NCBI GenBank assembly: GCA_021801645.1
Contig: JAJYXT010000100.1
Span: 4,364 to 68,363 of the forward strand
Direction of reading: 5' to 3'
DNA from: a bacterium
GTDB taxonomy: Bacteria; Chloroflexota; Dormibacteria; Aeolococcales; Bog-877
Length of the DNA stretch: 64,000 bases
Shown here: positions 1 through 8,503 of the stretch, one piece after another
Layout of the letters: each line of letters opens with the position of its first letter
How positions within the stretch are numbered: position 1 is the stretch's first letter
Translations under genes and position numbers: made by a program
Notes under the pieces: generated by a model
The model's input: the letters and a program-made list of their open reading frames with translations, nothing else
Told to the model about the DNA's origin: nothing
Databases searched by the model: none

Positions 1-1
1 C

Positions 2-655
2 TTCGATGAGATGTCGGACGAGGATGTCCTGGCCATCTCCCGCGAGCTGCAGATGCGAACCTTCGCGTCTGGTCAGAACTGCCTGCGGGACGGGGGGGAG
101 CGCGTCTACCTGCTGAAGAGTGGGCGAGTGCGCCTCTACCAGCTCACCCCCGACGGGCATGAACTGACGACCGCCGTGGTGGTTCCCGGCCAGCTCTTCG
201 GGATCGGGTCGCTGGTGGGCCAGGCGGGGTCGACCCAGGCCGAGGTCCTGGAAGAGAGCCTCATCTGCGAGACCGGGGCCCAGGAATTCATGATGATCCT
301 GGCCCACCACCCGGTGCTCATGGCCCGGGTGGTGATGGTCATGGCGCGGCAGATCTTTCAGCTGGAGGAGGCGCTGGAGAGCCTCGCCTACAAGCCGGTG
401 CCGGTCCGTCTCGCCGAGCTGTTGCTCTCGCTGATCCCCGATTCCGAGTCAGACTCCGGCACGATTGAGCTCCCCGCCTACTCTCAGGAGACGCTGGGGC
501 AGAGGATCGGCGCCACCCGGGAGGCAGTCGCGCGCACCCTTCACGATTGGCGAGAGATGGGGCTGGTTGGCCGGGGCCGACCGCTCACCATCGCGGACGT
601 CCGAGCGCTCCGCCGGGTGTCCGAAGGGCAGCGGGCCCGGCCCGACTCAGCCTGA
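2..655 (+). CDS. Crp/Fnr-family transcriptional regulator (5' end probably outside window)
   Basis: Track ORF 11..655. It has a cNMP-binding barrel (RVYLLKSGRVRLYQ...GQLFGIGSL) and a C-terminal HTH (ETLGQRIGATREAVARTLHDW). The frame is open to nt 2, and FDEMSDEDVLAIS resembles the usual internal LF..L..eel motif, so the true start is likely upstream of the window. Confidence 0.85.
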   Translation, partial: FDEMSDEDVLAISRELQMRTFASGQNCLRDGGERVYLLKSGRVRLYQLTPDGHELTTAVVVPGQLFGIGSLVGQAGSTQAEVLEESLICETGAQEFMMILAHHPVLMARVVMVMARQIFQLEEALESLAYKPVPVRLAELLLSLIPDSESDSGTIELPAYSQETLGQRIGATREAVARTLHDWREMGLVGRGRPLTIADVRALRRVSEGQRARPDSA

Positions 656-755
656 GAGCAGGGTCCAGGGCAAGAGTGGCAGGGCCCGGTTCACCTTGGT
701 CGGACCGGCGACACGGGCCAGTCCCCGGTCCTCGTGATCCCGGGAGGCGCACGCA

Positions 756-1349
756 TTGAGGCGCAGAGGTGGCGGCACTGGCTTCGTCCGAGAGGAGATC
801 CCGCTGGCCGGGGCTGCCGTGGTCGACCCGGAGAGCCTAGAGTCACGGGATCTGGGCCGGGAACCGGGTCTCGCTCTGCTGATCCTGATCCGGCACCGCT
901 TTTGACTTCCGTGCCAGGAGCACCTCGTGCAGGTGCGGGAGCGACGGGTGGAGGTCGAGGCCCGCGGCGCCAGGGTGCTGGTGGCCGGCTTCAGCCCACC
1001 CGAAGCGCTGGCGGAGCTGCGGCGGTACCTGAGTTTGCCCTGGCCCATCCTCAGCGATGTGCAGCGGGGCATCTATGACCGTCTGGGAGTGGATCGCACG
1101 GGCTGGCGTCACGTCTACACCGCGCGAACCCTGGCACGGTATGGCCGCGCCCTGATCGGCGGTCGCGCCGTGCACCGTCCCGTCGAGGACACCCGCCAGC
1201 TCGGAGCCGACGTCATCCTGGTGAACGGGGTGGCCAGGCTCGTCTACCGTCCCGCCAGCCCCGACGACCGGCCCACGGTCGACTCGCTCCTGGAAGCGTT
1301 GGACTCTGCCGCGCACATGGCGCAGGCACGGAACAAGGCGGCCCCCTGA
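756..1349 (+). CDS. PRXL2/SelU-like (AhpC-TSA_2) thioredoxin-fold protein read through in-frame TGA 903-905 (candidate Sec, U-L-P-C)
   Basis: Track ORF 927..1349 holds the C-terminal part of the fold (LPWPILSDVQRGIYDRLGV...QLGADVILVNGVARLVY). The same frame is open from 738 except for TGA 903-905. The upstream part reads GLALLILIRHRF-TGA-LPCQEHL. TTG 756 is preceded by GGGAGG at 742-747 with an 8-nt spacer. Confidence 0.55.
920..936 (+). promoter_or_regulatory. candidate SECIS-like hairpin downstream of TGA 903
   Basis: GCACC-tcgtgca-GGTGC: 5-bp stem and a 7-nt loop containing GU, starting 14 nt after the TGA. Hairpins are frequent in GC-rich DNA, so this is weak evidence alone. Confidence 0.3.
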
Positions 1350-1446
1350 AGCTCGGCCGGTCCGCCCGGAGCCCTCGAATCTCCGCCGCGTCAGGGTCCG
1401 GCGGCAGCCGGCCCTCTCGGCCCGGACCGGATGGTGGTCCGGGGCC

Positions 1447-1842
1447 TCAGTCGCGGTCCACCCGAGTGCAGGAGGCGATCTCCTCAGCCTGCTCGGCCAC
1501 TAGTGCCCGACTCACCCGCAGCAGCTCCAGCACCCTGGGGTCACGCACGGAGTAGAAGGCGGAGCGACCGTCACGCCGAACGGTCAGCAGCCCGCACGTC
1601 ACCAGGCAGGCGAGGTGGGCGGCCACCCGCCCCTGAGACAGCTGGGCGTGGTGCACACACTCGGTTCCCTGTCGTTCCCCGCCGGCGCAGAAATCCAGCA
1701 GGGCCAGCCGGGTTGGGTCGCCGAGGGCACGGAAGAACTTGGCGACCAGCTGCCTCCCCACGGGGTCCGTGGGGAGGAGCGAGAGCTGGGGTTGACCGGG
1801 CACTTCCACATCCGCCGTGGTCGCGCTCAGGCCGCGCAGCAT
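1447..1842 (-). CDS. ArsR/SmtB-family metalloregulator, downstream of and overlapping merA
   Basis: 131-aa ORF with a winged-HTH signature (FRALGDPTRLALLDF...QLSQGRVAAHLACLVTCGLL). The 16-nt overlap with the merA 3' end implies one operon. Confidence 0.85.
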   Translation of the reverse strand: MLRGLSATTADVEVPGQPQLSLLPTDPVGRQLVAKFFRALGDPTRLALLDFCAGGERQGTECVHHAQLSQGRVAAHLACLVTCGLLTVRRDGRSAFYSVRDPRVLELLRVSRALVAEQAEEIASCTRVDRD

Positions 1843-3479
1843 GAGAGCCTCCCCACATCCCGGGTGAACGTCTGGGCGGCCAGCTTGAGGCTCTCGGCCA
1901 TGGTGAGGTAGGGATGGAGGGTCGCTGCCAGCTCGGCGGTCGTGATTCCATGACGGATGGCGAGGACGGCGGCCGAGATCACATCGCCCGCGCCGTCCGC
2001 CAGGACCGTGGCCCCCAGCAAGCGGCCACTGCCGGCCTCCGCCACCAGCTTCACCAGCCCCCGGGTGTCCCGGTTGACCAGCGCCCGGGGGACGGCGGAA
2101 AGCGGCATTACGGTGGTCGCGACCTCCATGGCTTGGGCCCTCGCCTGGGCCTCGGTGAGACCGGCCGAGGCCAGCTGGGGCGCGGTGAAGGTGACCCTGG
2201 GCAGCCCCAGGAGGTCCACCTCGCGGTCGTCACCCAGGACGGCGTTGCCCGCGGCCAGCTGACCCTCGTAGGCGGCTACGTAGACGAACTGCGGCCCGCC
2301 GGTCACGTCCCCGGCGGCGAACACGCGCGGGTTGGAGGTGCGCAGGTGGGAGTCGACCTTGACGGCCCCCCTCCGGTCGACCTCGACCCCGGCCAGCTCC
2401 AGCCCCAGACCAGCAGTGTTGGGGGACCGGCCGATGGCGACCAGGATCTGGTCCACCTCCAGCTCCTCCTCGCCGGCGGTGGTACGGATCCTCAGCACCC
2501 GTCCTGCGGGCCGAGTAACCACCTCCAGGACCTCCGCAGGCGCCAGGACCCGCGCCCCCTCCTCCTGCAGGAGCTCTGAGAGTAGGGCTGCGGCCTCGGG
2601 CTCCTCCAAGGGCGCCACCCGCTCCGCCACGTCGATGAAGGTCACCTGGGCTCCCAGATGGAGGAAGAGTTGGCCGAGCTCAAGGCCGATGGCGGAGGAC
2701 CCGATGACGGCCAGACGGGCGGGCACCGACGTGAGCTCAAGCGCGGTGGTGGAGGTCAGGAAGCCGCCCTCTTCCAGGCCGCGGATCGAAGGCACGGTTG
2801 AGGAGGCTCCGGTGGCCACCAGGAAGGCCCGCGCCGTGAGCGTCCTCTCGGCCACCTGGAGCACGCCTGGAGCGGTGAACCGGCCGTGCCCGGACATCAC
2901 CTCGAAGCCGTATTCGGCAACCAGATCCTGGTACTTGGCGGACCTGAGCTCGGCCACCAGCTCGTCCTTCTGGGCGACCATGGCCCGGAGATCCGGGGCG
3001 GCGGCCGACGTGGACACCCCGGCGAAGGGATGGTGCCCGGCCGCCCAGAGGGTCTCGGTGGCTCGGAGCAGGGCCTTGGAGGGAACGCAACCGACGTTCA
3101 CGCAGGTGCCGCCCAAGGTCCCCTGCTCCACCATGCCCACGCGCAGCCCGCCCTCGGCGGCCCGGATGGCGGCGGCGAAGGCCGCGGACCCCGAGCCCAC
3201 CACCAGCAGGTCGAAGTCGGTCCCCGGAGCCATTGGGCCGGGCAGTTCACCGGCGCGCGCCAGCGCCCCCGGGTGGTAGCCGGCGGCCTCCACGGCGGCC
3301 CGGAGCGGCTGCTCCACGACGCCCTCGGGGAGCGAGAAGCGAGCTCGCCCAGCTCGCCAGTCCACGGAGACCTGGCGCGCCCCGGCCCCGGTGAGAGCCT
3401 CTGTGACGTGGCGAGCGCAATCGTCGCAGGTCATGCCCGCGACCTCCAGAGTGAACCTCGGATCGGCAGTCCGGCTCAT
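1827..3479 (-). CDS. merA: mercuric reductase with N-terminal HMA domain
   Basis: HMA motif GMTCDDC, disulfide-reductase active site GGTCVNVGCVPSK and a C-terminal SCCAA cysteine pair. Start placed at ATG 3479 (MSRTADPRF), preceded by GGGAGGG; the track ORF extends to 3551. Confidence 0.9.
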   Translation of the reverse strand: MSRTADPRFTLEVAGMTCDDCARHVTEALTGAGARQVSVDWRAGRARFSLPEGVVEQPLRAAVEAAGYHPGALARAGELPGPMAPGTDFDLLVVGSGSAAFAAAIRAAEGGLRVGMVEQGTLGGTCVNVGCVPSKALLRATETLWAAGHHPFAGVSTSAAAPDLRAMVAQKDELVAELRSAKYQDLVAEYGFEVMSGHGRFTAPGVLQVAERTLTARAFLVATGASSTVPSIRGLEEGGFLTSTTALELTSVPARLAVIGSSAIGLELGQLFLHLGAQVTFIDVAERVAPLEEPEAAALLSELLQEEGARVLAPAEVLEVVTRPAGRVLRIRTTAGEEELEVDQILVAIGRSPNTAGLGLELAGVEVDRRGAVKVDSHLRTSNPRVFAAGDVTGGPQFVYVAAYEGQLAAGNAVLGDDREVDLLGLPRVTFTAPQLASAGLTEAQARAQAMEVATTVMPLSAVPRALVNRDTRGLVKLVAEAGSGRLLGATVLADGAGDVISAAVLAIRHGITTAELAATLHPYLTMAESLKLAAQTFTRDVGRLSCCAA

Positions 3480-3497
3480 CGGCCGCCCTCCCAGCGC

Positions 3498-3525
3498 ATA
3501 TCTATTCGGATAAGCGGATAATAGC
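3498..3525. promoter_or_regulatory. AT-rich divergent merA/glcD promoter region with tandem direct repeat CGGATAA-G-CGGATAA
   Basis: catatctattCGGATAAgCGGATAAtag stands out from surrounding GC-rich DNA in the 95-bp gap between divergent merA and glcD. The repeat copies lie at 3507-3513 and 3515-3521. The regulatory role is inferred only. Confidence 0.35.
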
Positions 3526-3574
3526 ACGCAAGTGATGGCCCGCGGCAGCATCGGTCCGGCGGGCGGCCTAGGAT

Positions 3575-5050
3575 GTGCCCGTGGACCGGATCCCCGCCCG
3601 GCTGGACCAGGCGCCGCTGGATGCGCTGCGACAGGCGGTGGGTGGCCGATGGGTGCTGACCGATCCCGACCAGCTGCGCACCTATGAGTGCGACGGCCTC
3701 ACCGGTTGGCGCGCCGTGCCCCTGGCCGTCGTCCTTCCCTCGAGCACGGAGGAGGTGGTCCAGGTCGTGCGCATCTGCCGCCGGTCCCATGTACCCTTCG
3801 TCGCCCGGGGCAGTGGCACCGGGCTCTCCGGCGGAGCCCTGCCCGTGGAGGACGGGATCGTGATCGGCCTGAGCCGCATGCGCGAGATCCTCCGGCTGGA
3901 CCTGGACAACGAGCGGGTGGTGGTCCAACCGGGGGTGCCCAATCTGGAGGTCAGCCGGGCTGTGGCTCCCTACGGCTACCTGTACGCCCCCGACCCCTCC
4001 AGCCAGAGGGTGTGCAGCATCGGGGGCAACGTCGCCGAGAACTCCGGCGGCGCCCACTGCCTCAAGTACGGATTCACCACCAACCACGTGGTGGCGCTCA
4101 CCCTGGTCACCCCCGAGGGCGAGGTCGCCCACCTGGGGTCGGCGGTGCCCGACAGCCCGGGGTACGACCTGCTCGGGGTGGTGGTGGGAAGCGAGGGGAC
4201 CCTGGGGATCGTGACCGAGGTCACCCTCAGGGTGCTGCCGGTTCCCCAGCGGGTCCAGACGCTGCTGGCCGCCTTCCCCTCGACGGACGCCGCCGGTGAG
4301 GCAGTCGCCGAGATCATCGCCGCCGGAGTCCTCCCGGCCGCCATCGAGATGATGGACCGGGCCACCATCGAGGCGGTGGAGTTCGCCATGCACGCCGGAT
4401 ACCCGGATTGCGGGGCGGCGCTCCTCGTGGAGCTGGACGGCCCCCAGTCCGAGTGCGAGGCGCTCTTCGGCCAGGTGGTGGAGATCTGCCGGGGGTGCGG
4501 TGCCAGCGAGGTCCGGGTGGCGGAGGACGAGGCCGAGCGAGCCCTCCTCTGGAAGGGGCGGCGTGGAGCCTTCTCGGCGATGGGCCGAGTGAGTCCTGAC
4601 TACTATGTCCAGGACGGTGTGGTGCCCCGCTCCCAGCTGGCCCGGGTGCTGGCGGGGATACGGGAGCTGGAGGGCCGCCACGGGCTGAAGGTGGCCAACG
4701 TGTTCCACGCCGGGGACGGCAACCTCCATCCCCTCATCCTCTACGACCGCCGCTCACCCGAGGGCCCAGATCGGGCCAAGCGGCTGGCGGAGGACATCCT
4801 CACCCTCTGCCTGGAGGCGGGGGGCTCCCTCACCGGCGAGCATGGGGTGGGCCGCGACAAGGTCTGCCAGATGCCCAAGCTCTTCTCCCCCGATGACCAG
4901 ATGGTCATGCACCGGCTGCGCCGGGCCTTCGACCCCGAGGGCACCGCCAACCCCGGCAAGGTGCTGCCCACGCCCCGCCTGTGCGGCGAGCACCCGGGCA
5001 TCTACCGGCCTCATCCGCTGGAGCTGAGCGGGGCGGCGCAGCGGCTGTGA
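3575..5050 (+). CDS. glcD: glycolate oxidase subunit GlcD (FAD-linked oxidase)
   Basis: 491-aa ORF. YECDGLTGWRAVPLAVVLP...ARGSGTGLSGGALP matches the GlcD N-terminal FAD-binding region, and the gene is followed by glcE and glcF. Confidence 0.9.
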   Translation: MPVDRIPARLDQAPLDALRQAVGGRWVLTDPDQLRTYECDGLTGWRAVPLAVVLPSSTEEVVQVVRICRRSHVPFVARGSGTGLSGGALPVEDGIVIGLSRMREILRLDLDNERVVVQPGVPNLEVSRAVAPYGYLYAPDPSSQRVCSIGGNVAENSGGAHCLKYGFTTNHVVALTLVTPEGEVAHLGSAVPDSPGYDLLGVVVGSEGTLGIVTEVTLRVLPVPQRVQTLLAAFPSTDAAGEAVAEIIAAGVLPAAIEMMDRATIEAVEFAMHAGYPDCGAALLVELDGPQSECEALFGQVVEICRGCGASEVRVAEDEAERALLWKGRRGAFSAMGRVSPDYYVQDGVVPRSQLARVLAGIRELEGRHGLKVANVFHAGDGNLHPLILYDRRSPEGPDRAKRLAEDILTLCLEAGGSLTGEHGVGRDKVCQMPKLFSPDDQMVMHRLRRAFDPEGTANPGKVLPTPRLCGEHPGIYRPHPLELSGAAQRL

Positions 5051-6258
5051 CCAGCCTGGAGGCCGACCTCGAGGCACTCTTGGGCCGGGACTCCGTCACG
5101 CCCGCGGACGGGAGGGCAGGCCCAACGCCGGCGCCCACGGCGCGACCGAGGAGTGCCGAGGCGCTGGCCGAGGTCCTGGCGCTGGCCAATTCGCGCCGGC
5201 TCGCCGTGCTGGTGCGTGGCGGAGGCACCAAGTGGGGCTGGGGCCGAGCTCCTGGTCGCTGCGATCTGGTTGTGGAGACCACGGCGCTGAACCGGCTGCT
5301 GGAGCATGAGCCCGGGGACCTCACCTGCGTGGCGGAGGCCGGCCTCACCCTCGGCGAGCTGCAGCGCCTTGTGGCGAGCGCTCCCGGTCACCACCAGCGG
5401 CTCATGCTGGACCCACCTCAGGGCGGAGACGCCACCCTCGGAGGGGTCGTGGCCACCGCCGCCTCGGGACCGCTCCGGGCCCGCTATGGGACTCCCAGAG
5501 ACCTGCTGCTGGGCGCCCGGTTCGCCCTCGCCGATGGCACGCTCGCGCGCACCGGAGGCAAGGTGGTGAAGAACGTCGCCGGGTACGACCTCGGCAAGCT
5601 GCTCACCGGCTCCCAGGGGACCCTGGCCGTGATCGTCGAGGTGGCGCTCCGCCTGCACCCGGTGCCACCGGCCAGCTGTTGGGTTGTGGCCGAGCGGCTG
5701 GACCCCCAGACCGCCCAGGCCGCCCTGGCCGCGCTTCGCCGGGCGCCCGCGGTGCTGTCTATGGCCGAGCTTCTCTGGCCGGAGGGCAGGCTGCTGGCGC
5801 GCCTGGACGGGGCGCCGTCAGCCTGCGAGCAGCAGGCCGAGATCGTTCGCGCGCTGGTTCCAGGGGGCCGGTTGGCCGGAGAGCGGGAAACAGATGAGCT
5901 CGTCAGGATGATCGAGAGGCGGCCGTGGGACGGGGAGGGTCCCGTGCTTGGGATCTCGGTCCCCGTGAACAGGATCGGGGAGCTCTTGGCGCTGGCCGCG
6001 GTCGGGGGCCCGGTGGCCCATCTCTCGCTGAGGGGCACGGTGGGCGCCGGGGAGGCGCGTCTGCAGGCAGGGGCGGATCCGGCCCAGTTCGCCGCCCGGG
6101 TGGCCGACCTCGGAGGGTTCGTGTCCTGGCACCGCGGCGGGGACCGGGACTCGCCCCCGCTCCAGCCCCTGGACCCGGTGGCCGCCCGGCTCGCCCTGTC
6201 CGTGAAGCGGGCTCTCGACCCACACTCGACCCTCGCCCCTGGGCGGGGGCCTGTATGA
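5047..6258 (+). CDS. glcE: glycolate oxidase FAD-binding subunit GlcE
   Basis: FAD-binding PCMH-type sequence (VLVRGGGTKWGWG...KNVAGYDLGKLLTGSQGTLAVIVEVALRLHP). Start set at GTG 5047 (GTGA overlap with the glcD stop) rather than track start 4981. Confidence 0.85.
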   Translation: MTSLEADLEALLGRDSVTPADGRAGPTPAPTARPRSAEALAEVLALANSRRLAVLVRGGGTKWGWGRAPGRCDLVVETTALNRLLEHEPGDLTCVAEAGLTLGELQRLVASAPGHHQRLMLDPPQGGDATLGGVVATAASGPLRARYGTPRDLLLGARFALADGTLARTGGKVVKNVAGYDLGKLLTGSQGTLAVIVEVALRLHPVPPASCWVVAERLDPQTAQAALAALRRAPAVLSMAELLWPEGRLLARLDGAPSACEQQAEIVRALVPGGRLAGERETDELVRMIERRPWDGEGPVLGISVPVNRIGELLALAAVGGPVAHLSLRGTVGAGEARLQAGADPAQFAARVADLGGFVSWHRGGDRDSPPLQPLDPVAARLALSVKRALDPHSTLAPGRGPV

Positions 6259-7670
6259 GCACCCAGCCCCGCTCCCTCCCGCCGACCCCTCGGGGACGGC
6301 CACGGCCTGCGGCAGCACGCGCCGCCTTCGACTCCGACCATCCCCCAGATCCGGAGCTGCTCTCGGACTGCGTCCACTGCGGCTTCTGCCTCCCCGCCTG
6401 CCCCACCTACCAGCTCTGGGGCGAGGAGATGGATTCGCCCCGGGGCCGCATCCTTCTCATGGACCTGGCGGCCAAGGGGGAGCGGCCGCTCACCGCCGAG
6501 ATGGTGGCCCACTTCGACGCCTGCCTGGGCTGCCTGGCCTGCGTTCCCGCGTGTCCCTCGGGCGTCCGCTACGACCTGCTTCTCGAGAGCACCAGGCAGC
6601 AGGTGGAGCGTCGCTTCCGCCGCCCTATGGGACAGCGCGCCTGGCGCCGCTCCCTCCTGACCGCCCTCCCCCACCCCGCCGCGCTCCGGCTGGGGGCGCT
6701 GGCGGCCTGGGGAGCCGAACGGTTGGCTCCGGGTGCCGCCGGACGGCTCCCCGGAGGGCTGGGGACCGCGGCCCGGCTGCTTCCACTTCCTCAAGACCCA
6801 CGACGACTGCTGCGACGGCTGCCCGCGCCGCGCCGACCGGACGGGCGGGTGCGGCTGCGGGTGGCGCTGTTGGGCGGGTGCGTGCAGCGGGTGTCGTTCC
6901 CCATGGTCAACGAGGCCACCGCGGTCGCCCTGGCCGCGGCCGGAGCGGAGGTTCAGGTGCCCCCAGGCCAGGGCTGCTGTGGAGCGCTGGAGTTCCATGC
7001 CGGGCAGAAGGGGCCGGCACTGCGCCGGGCGCGACAGTTGGTGGAGCTCTTCGACGACCCCCGGGTCGACCGGATCGCGATCAACGCCGCCGGCTGTGGA
7101 GCCCTGGTCAAGGAGCTGGGCCGGCTCCTGGAGGACGACCCCCGGTTCAGCGATGCCGCTGCTCGGGTGGCGGCCAAGGCCAGGGACGTCTCCGAGATCC
7201 TGGAGGAGCTGGGCCCCCCGGCCCTCCTCCATGAGCTGCCGCTGCGGGTCGCCTACCACGACGCGTGCCACCTGAGCCAGGCCCAGGGGATTCGCTCCGC
7301 ACCCCGGCACATCCTGAGTTGGATCCCCGGCCTGGAGCTTCTGGAACTGGCCGAACCGGAGCTCTGCTGTGGAAGCGCCGGAACCTACAACCTCACGGCT
7401 CCGGACGCCGCCCGTGACCTCGGCCGGCGGAAGGCGCAGACCGTGCTGGCGGTTGGTCCCCAGGTGCTGGCGGCGGGCAACCCGGGGTGCCTGCTCCAGC
7501 TGCGGGCAGCCCTGTCCGCGTTGGGAGCGGAGCTCCCCGCCGTCCATCCTGTCGAGCTCCTGGCGGCCTCCATCCTCGGCCCTGGTCCCGGGGAGTTGAC
7601 GCCCTCTGCCCCCGCGTGGTTACGCCCGCCCGGTGGCGGTGGGTTTCTCCCTGGGCGGCCGCCGGGCTGA
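6255..7670 (+). CDS. glcF: glycolate oxidase iron-sulfur subunit GlcF
   Basis: Two ferredoxin-type cysteine clusters (CVHCGFCLPACP, CLGCLACVPACP) and CCG repeats (GCCGALEF, ELCCGSAG). Start set at ATG 6255 (ATGA overlap with the glcE stop); the track ORF starts at 5925. Confidence 0.85.
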   Translation: MSTQPRSLPPTPRGRPRPAAARAAFDSDHPPDPELLSDCVHCGFCLPACPTYQLWGEEMDSPRGRILLMDLAAKGERPLTAEMVAHFDACLGCLACVPACPSGVRYDLLLESTRQQVERRFRRPMGQRAWRRSLLTALPHPAALRLGALAAWGAERLAPGAAGRLPGGLGTAARLLPLPQDPRRLLRRLPAPRRPDGRVRLRVALLGGCVQRVSFPMVNEATAVALAAAGAEVQVPPGQGCCGALEFHAGQKGPALRRARQLVELFDDPRVDRIAINAAGCGALVKELGRLLEDDPRFSDAAARVAAKARDVSEILEELGPPALLHELPLRVAYHDACHLSQAQGIRSAPRHILSWIPGLELLELAEPELCCGSAGTYNLTAPDAARDLGRRKAQTVLAVGPQVLAAGNPGCLLQLRAALSALGAELPAVHPVELLAASILGPGPGELTPSAPAWLRPPGGGGFLPGRPPG

Positions 7671-7718
7671 GGGCCACCCTGTACCTCCGACGGGCGCTAA
7701 CGATACGGAGGGCCAACG

Positions 7719-8501
7719 GTGGATGGAGCGATGCCGGCGCGGAGGCTGGCGGTGCTGGTGATGGAGGCCAGGTCCAGGCGGGTGGGTCCGGACGGGCACT
7801 CCGAGGCCCTCATAGCGGGCGGGGAGATGGAGCCGCAGAAGGCGGAGAACCTGGGGCGGCTGCTGGAGGAGGCGCGGGCCCTGGGGGCGCTGGTGGCCTT
7901 CATCGCCTACCGCCGGTTGGAGCGGGAGCTTCCAGGCCTGCCCGGGGAGCCGGACACCGACCTGGTAACCCGAGGCGGGCGGAGCCGCGATTGGTTGGAG
8001 CAGCTGCGGGGGCGGCACCTCGTGGGCTACCGAGACGAGGGAGCCGTGTGCCTGGAGTGCGGGCGCGCCTGGCCCTGCGATGCCGCCCTGGCGGCAGAGG
8101 AGGCGCTCAGGCTGGGAAGGATGCTGCAAGGCCCGCCCCTGGGCGTCGCCGGGACCGCGGGCGCCGGGCCCCACCCCGGAGACCTCCTGATCTCCGGATG
8201 CCGGACGATGGATCCGTTCGCCTCCACTGAGCTGGATGCCATTCTGCGCGCCCGTGGCGTGGACACCCTGGCGCTGACCGGCTACCACACCAACTGGGGG
8301 CTGGAGTCCGCCGCGCGCTCAGCCTTCGACCGGGGCTACCGCGTCCTGCTGGTCTCCGACTGCGCCACGGCCGACAGCCCGGAAGCCGGCAGCTACTGCG
8401 AGCAGCACGTCTTCCCGCGGCTGGGCTCGGTCGTGAGCGCGGACCAGCTGCTCCAGGCGACCCGACCGGCCCGCGAGCTCAGTGGGGCCGCGGCGCGCTG
8501 A
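7719..8501 (+). CDS. isochorismatase-fold protein lacking the usual catalytic Cys, with an internal insertion
   Basis: The C-terminal half matches the family (LDAILRARGVDTLALTGYHTNWGLESAARSAFDRGYRVLLVSDCATA), but TNWGLES replaces the T-D-x-C-V motif. About 70 extra residues include CLECGRAWPC. Confidence 0.7.
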   Translation: MDGAMPARRLAVLVMEARSRRVGPDGHSEALIAGGEMEPQKAENLGRLLEEARALGALVAFIAYRRLERELPGLPGEPDTDLVTRGGRSRDWLEQLRGRHLVGYRDEGAVCLECGRAWPCDAALAAEEALRLGRMLQGPPLGVAGTAGAGPHPGDLLISGCRTMDPFASTELDAILRARGVDTLALTGYHTNWGLESAARSAFDRGYRVLLVSDCATADSPEAGSYCEQHVFPRLGSVVSADQLLQATRPARELSGAAAR

Positions 8502-8503
8502 GC

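Noticed and set aside
3476-4729. 417-aa minus-strand ORF opposite glcD
   Set aside because: It is a shadow ORF. glcD on the plus strand has unambiguous FAD-oxidase motifs.
5484-7547. 687-aa minus-strand ORF covering glcE/glcF
   Set aside because: It is antisense to genes with clear GlcE/GlcF motifs. The product is Arg/Gly/Pro-rich low-complexity sequence, a typical shadow ORF of high-GC DNA sharing the third-codon-position phase.
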